A stretch of 49,357 bases of DNA from Octopus bimaculoides. Its lineage: Eukaryota. Both the position numbers and the translations under genes were made by a program. Positions within the stretch are counted from its first letter, which is position 1. Each line of letters starts with the position of its first letter. Shown here piece after piece: positions 47,490 to 49,357 of the stretch. The notes under the pieces are model-generated. The model had not been told where the DNA came from. It did not search any database and saw only the letters and a list, made by a program, of their open reading frames with translations. Location of the stretch: positions 84,577,672 through 84,627,028 of the forward strand of contig NC_068985.1 of the NCBI RefSeq assembly GCF_001194135.2, given 5' to 3'.

Positions 47490-47607
47490 CAGTAGTTTTA
47501 TTTTTATAATGTACTTTCACTTCACTACCGAGCACAGCTCTGTGTGCCTTGGGTATCTGCTGTGGTTTGCTGTGATGCTCTTATGGTTACTGGATTGAAA
47601 GTGTTTA
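47490..47607 (-). mobile_element. Probable R4/Dong-like LINE 3' UTR with last codons
   Basis: Minus strand ...TLSIQ* (stop at 47587-89), then a short UTR ending AAAATAAAACTACTG(AAT)n. This parallels the ILRKILSM* end of the adjacent element. Confidence 0.45.
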
Positions 47608-47702
47608 AAGTAAGCATGTAGGATCGAAATGTATTCCTCACGTGTCCATTTATGCCGTTTTGGTTTTATTTGCGGGACATGAGGAACAACGCCCGGCCCT
47701 TT

Positions 47703-48074
47703 TTATTATTATTATTATTATTATTATTTTATGTTTGACTTTTGCTTTGCATTTGTACAAGTTGGATCCAAGTCTCACCTAGAGATCTCAAGAGACAACA
47801 AGTTAGAAGTTCATGTTGGTGTTATGCCTAGGGTACCATATATTTGGATTTGTACATAGTGTGGTTCTAGAGAATGTTTAAGAAACTTTAAGAAAATTAT
47901 GTGTTTGTTTTAAAATTTGAGATCACATAGACAGTATTTTACGTAGGATATGGGCAGTTCCCATGAGCACTATCTTTTGAACTTCAGCCATTTTGGGGTT
48001 TCCTGGTATCTGAGCTAGGAAGTAATCAGCCCGTTTCGCTGTCATTCCCAGGGCACCTATGACAATAGGTATTG

Positions 48075-48078
<4 letters not shown>
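47703..48078 (-). mobile_element. R4/Dong-clade (restriction-like endonuclease) LINE, 5'-truncated 3' end
   Basis: 47923-48078 encodes KTIPIVIGALGMTAKRADYFLAQIPGNPKMAEVQKIVLMGTAHILRKILSM*, the RLE C-terminal IP.V.GALG...Q...L.GTA.ILR motif. A 3' UTR of about 200 nt follows, with (TAA)n on both sides. Confidence 0.85.
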
Positions 48079-48105
<27 letters not shown>

Positions 48106-48559
48106 TATCCATCCTCTGTTATATCCTTTAATGTGGTAGTATCTCCATTTGATTGAAGTAAACCTTACCTATTTCTGTATTTCTTTTGTTTTCGTTTCTT
48201 TGTGTGCTCTAACTCATCCTTCAATATTGTCCTCCATGTCTTGAGCCCTTGTGGTCAATACAAGAAATCATTTTTTTTTTAATTTCATTATATGTAAACC
48301 ACACTTTATGTACATCTTTGTATTGACCCCATCATCCTTCACCCTTGTGGCAAATAAATGAAATCATCGTCAACATCATCATCATTATTATTATTATTAT
48401 TATTATTATTTTGCTATGGGCAATTTTGCCTTTCACCCTTACGAGGTCAATGAAATAAGTATCATTTAAGCACTGGAATTGATATAATCAACTAACCCAC
48501 ACCTCACAAATATTTCAGGCCTTGTGCCTATAATAAAAAGTATTATTATTATTATCAAG

Positions 48560-48950
48560 TGACAAAGTGGTGCAATGCCATCAAAGTACACTGGAGTACA
48601 AATATATGAAGCCCAATATACACATCATGACTACCCATCTGGTAAGGGTACACCAGGGTACACATGCATCACGACCACATGTGCACTACATGACCTTGCT
48701 GGTGGTGCCCAATTAGAATTTTCTTCGGGTCAAGTAACCAATCCTGCTCAAAAGGATGTTTCCAGAGGTGAATTATTCAAACTCCAAAGAATTCCTCTCA
48801 ACACATGGTTATGCTGCTCCCCCACTACTTCTGCTCATGATCAGAGATGCTTGTATTGCCAGCCACTAAGGGACACGCTCAACTAGTGAAGGTCAAACAA
48901 CTAACAAGCAAATCTGTGGTATTGAGCAGAATGTTTGCTGTAGCCTCTCT
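48560..48950. mobile_element. Family F repeat, second copy with internal deletions
   Basis: Homologous to about 30265-30715. Preceded by (TAT)n, and cut on the right by the HINE-like element. Confidence 0.75.
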
Positions 48951-48951
48951 A

Positions 48952-49320
48952 TTATTACCTCCGCCTTAGTGAAGGTGGAAGTATTGTTTTCATTCATGTT
49001 TGTTTGCTTGTTTGTCCATAGATATCTCAATAGCCGCTGGATGAATTCGAATGAAACTTTCAGGGATGTTTGGCCTCGTGACTGGCATGGACTGATTAGA
49101 TTTTGGGATCGATCTGGTACCAGACAAAGATTCTGGATTATTTTTCCTGTTTATTTTTTTACTTAATTTTTGAGAGTGGTTGGGATCATTTTTAGTATTC
49201 TCTTTTGTGAGAGCAGTTGAGTTTATTTCAGATATTCTCATTTTAAAAATCATCTCTGGCTAATCATTGTGAGGACATTGGTGTTGCCTTGGTGGAGGGT
49301 TGCGCTCTCTGAGTGGTCTT
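48952..49320 (+). mobile_element. Non-autonomous Helentron (HINE/DINE-1-like) element
   Basis: 5' TTATTACCTCCGCC with a local hairpin (CCGCCTT-agtg-AAGGTGG), an internal (GTTT)n tract, a 3' subterminal inverted copy GGTGGAGG (49291-98), a short hairpin CGCTC-tct-GAGTG, and T-rich flanks. Confidence 0.6.
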
Positions 49321-49357
49321 ATTATTATTTTGCCGTGGCCGACTTTGCCTTTCATTC

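Overview
AT-rich animal genomic DNA with no protein-coding host gene I can identify. It is probably intronic or intergenic. The microsatellite load and SINE/LINE families look like an octopus (coleoid cephalopod) genome, which is inference from recalled repeat sequences, not a search. Twelve N-gaps total about 3.9 kb, and almost all ORFs in the track are artefacts of N-runs or microsatellites. Supported content: a decayed CR1-clade LINE (endonuclease plus RT, 26980-28400, minus), RTE-clade LINE 3' fragments, R4/Dong-type RLE LINE 3' ends inside (TAA)n arrays, a decayed Tc1 transposon (36804-37826), two copies of a Tc1/mariner MITE, an 82-bp Helitron, a Helentron/HINE-like element, several tRNA-derived SINE families and several fold-back elements. 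The most interesting signal is hammerhead-ribozyme motifs in the arms of the fold-back elements, always pointing outward: a complete type I hammerhead with an unusually long stem II (35226-35347, +), a minimal dimer-type hammerhead (6159-6204, -), and degenerate relatives. This suggests several families of Penelope-like or retrozyme-like non-autonomous retroelements. An inverted duplication of about 300 bp starts exactly at a MITE end (31417-32297). All RNA structures were folded by eye and none was tested computationally or experimentally.
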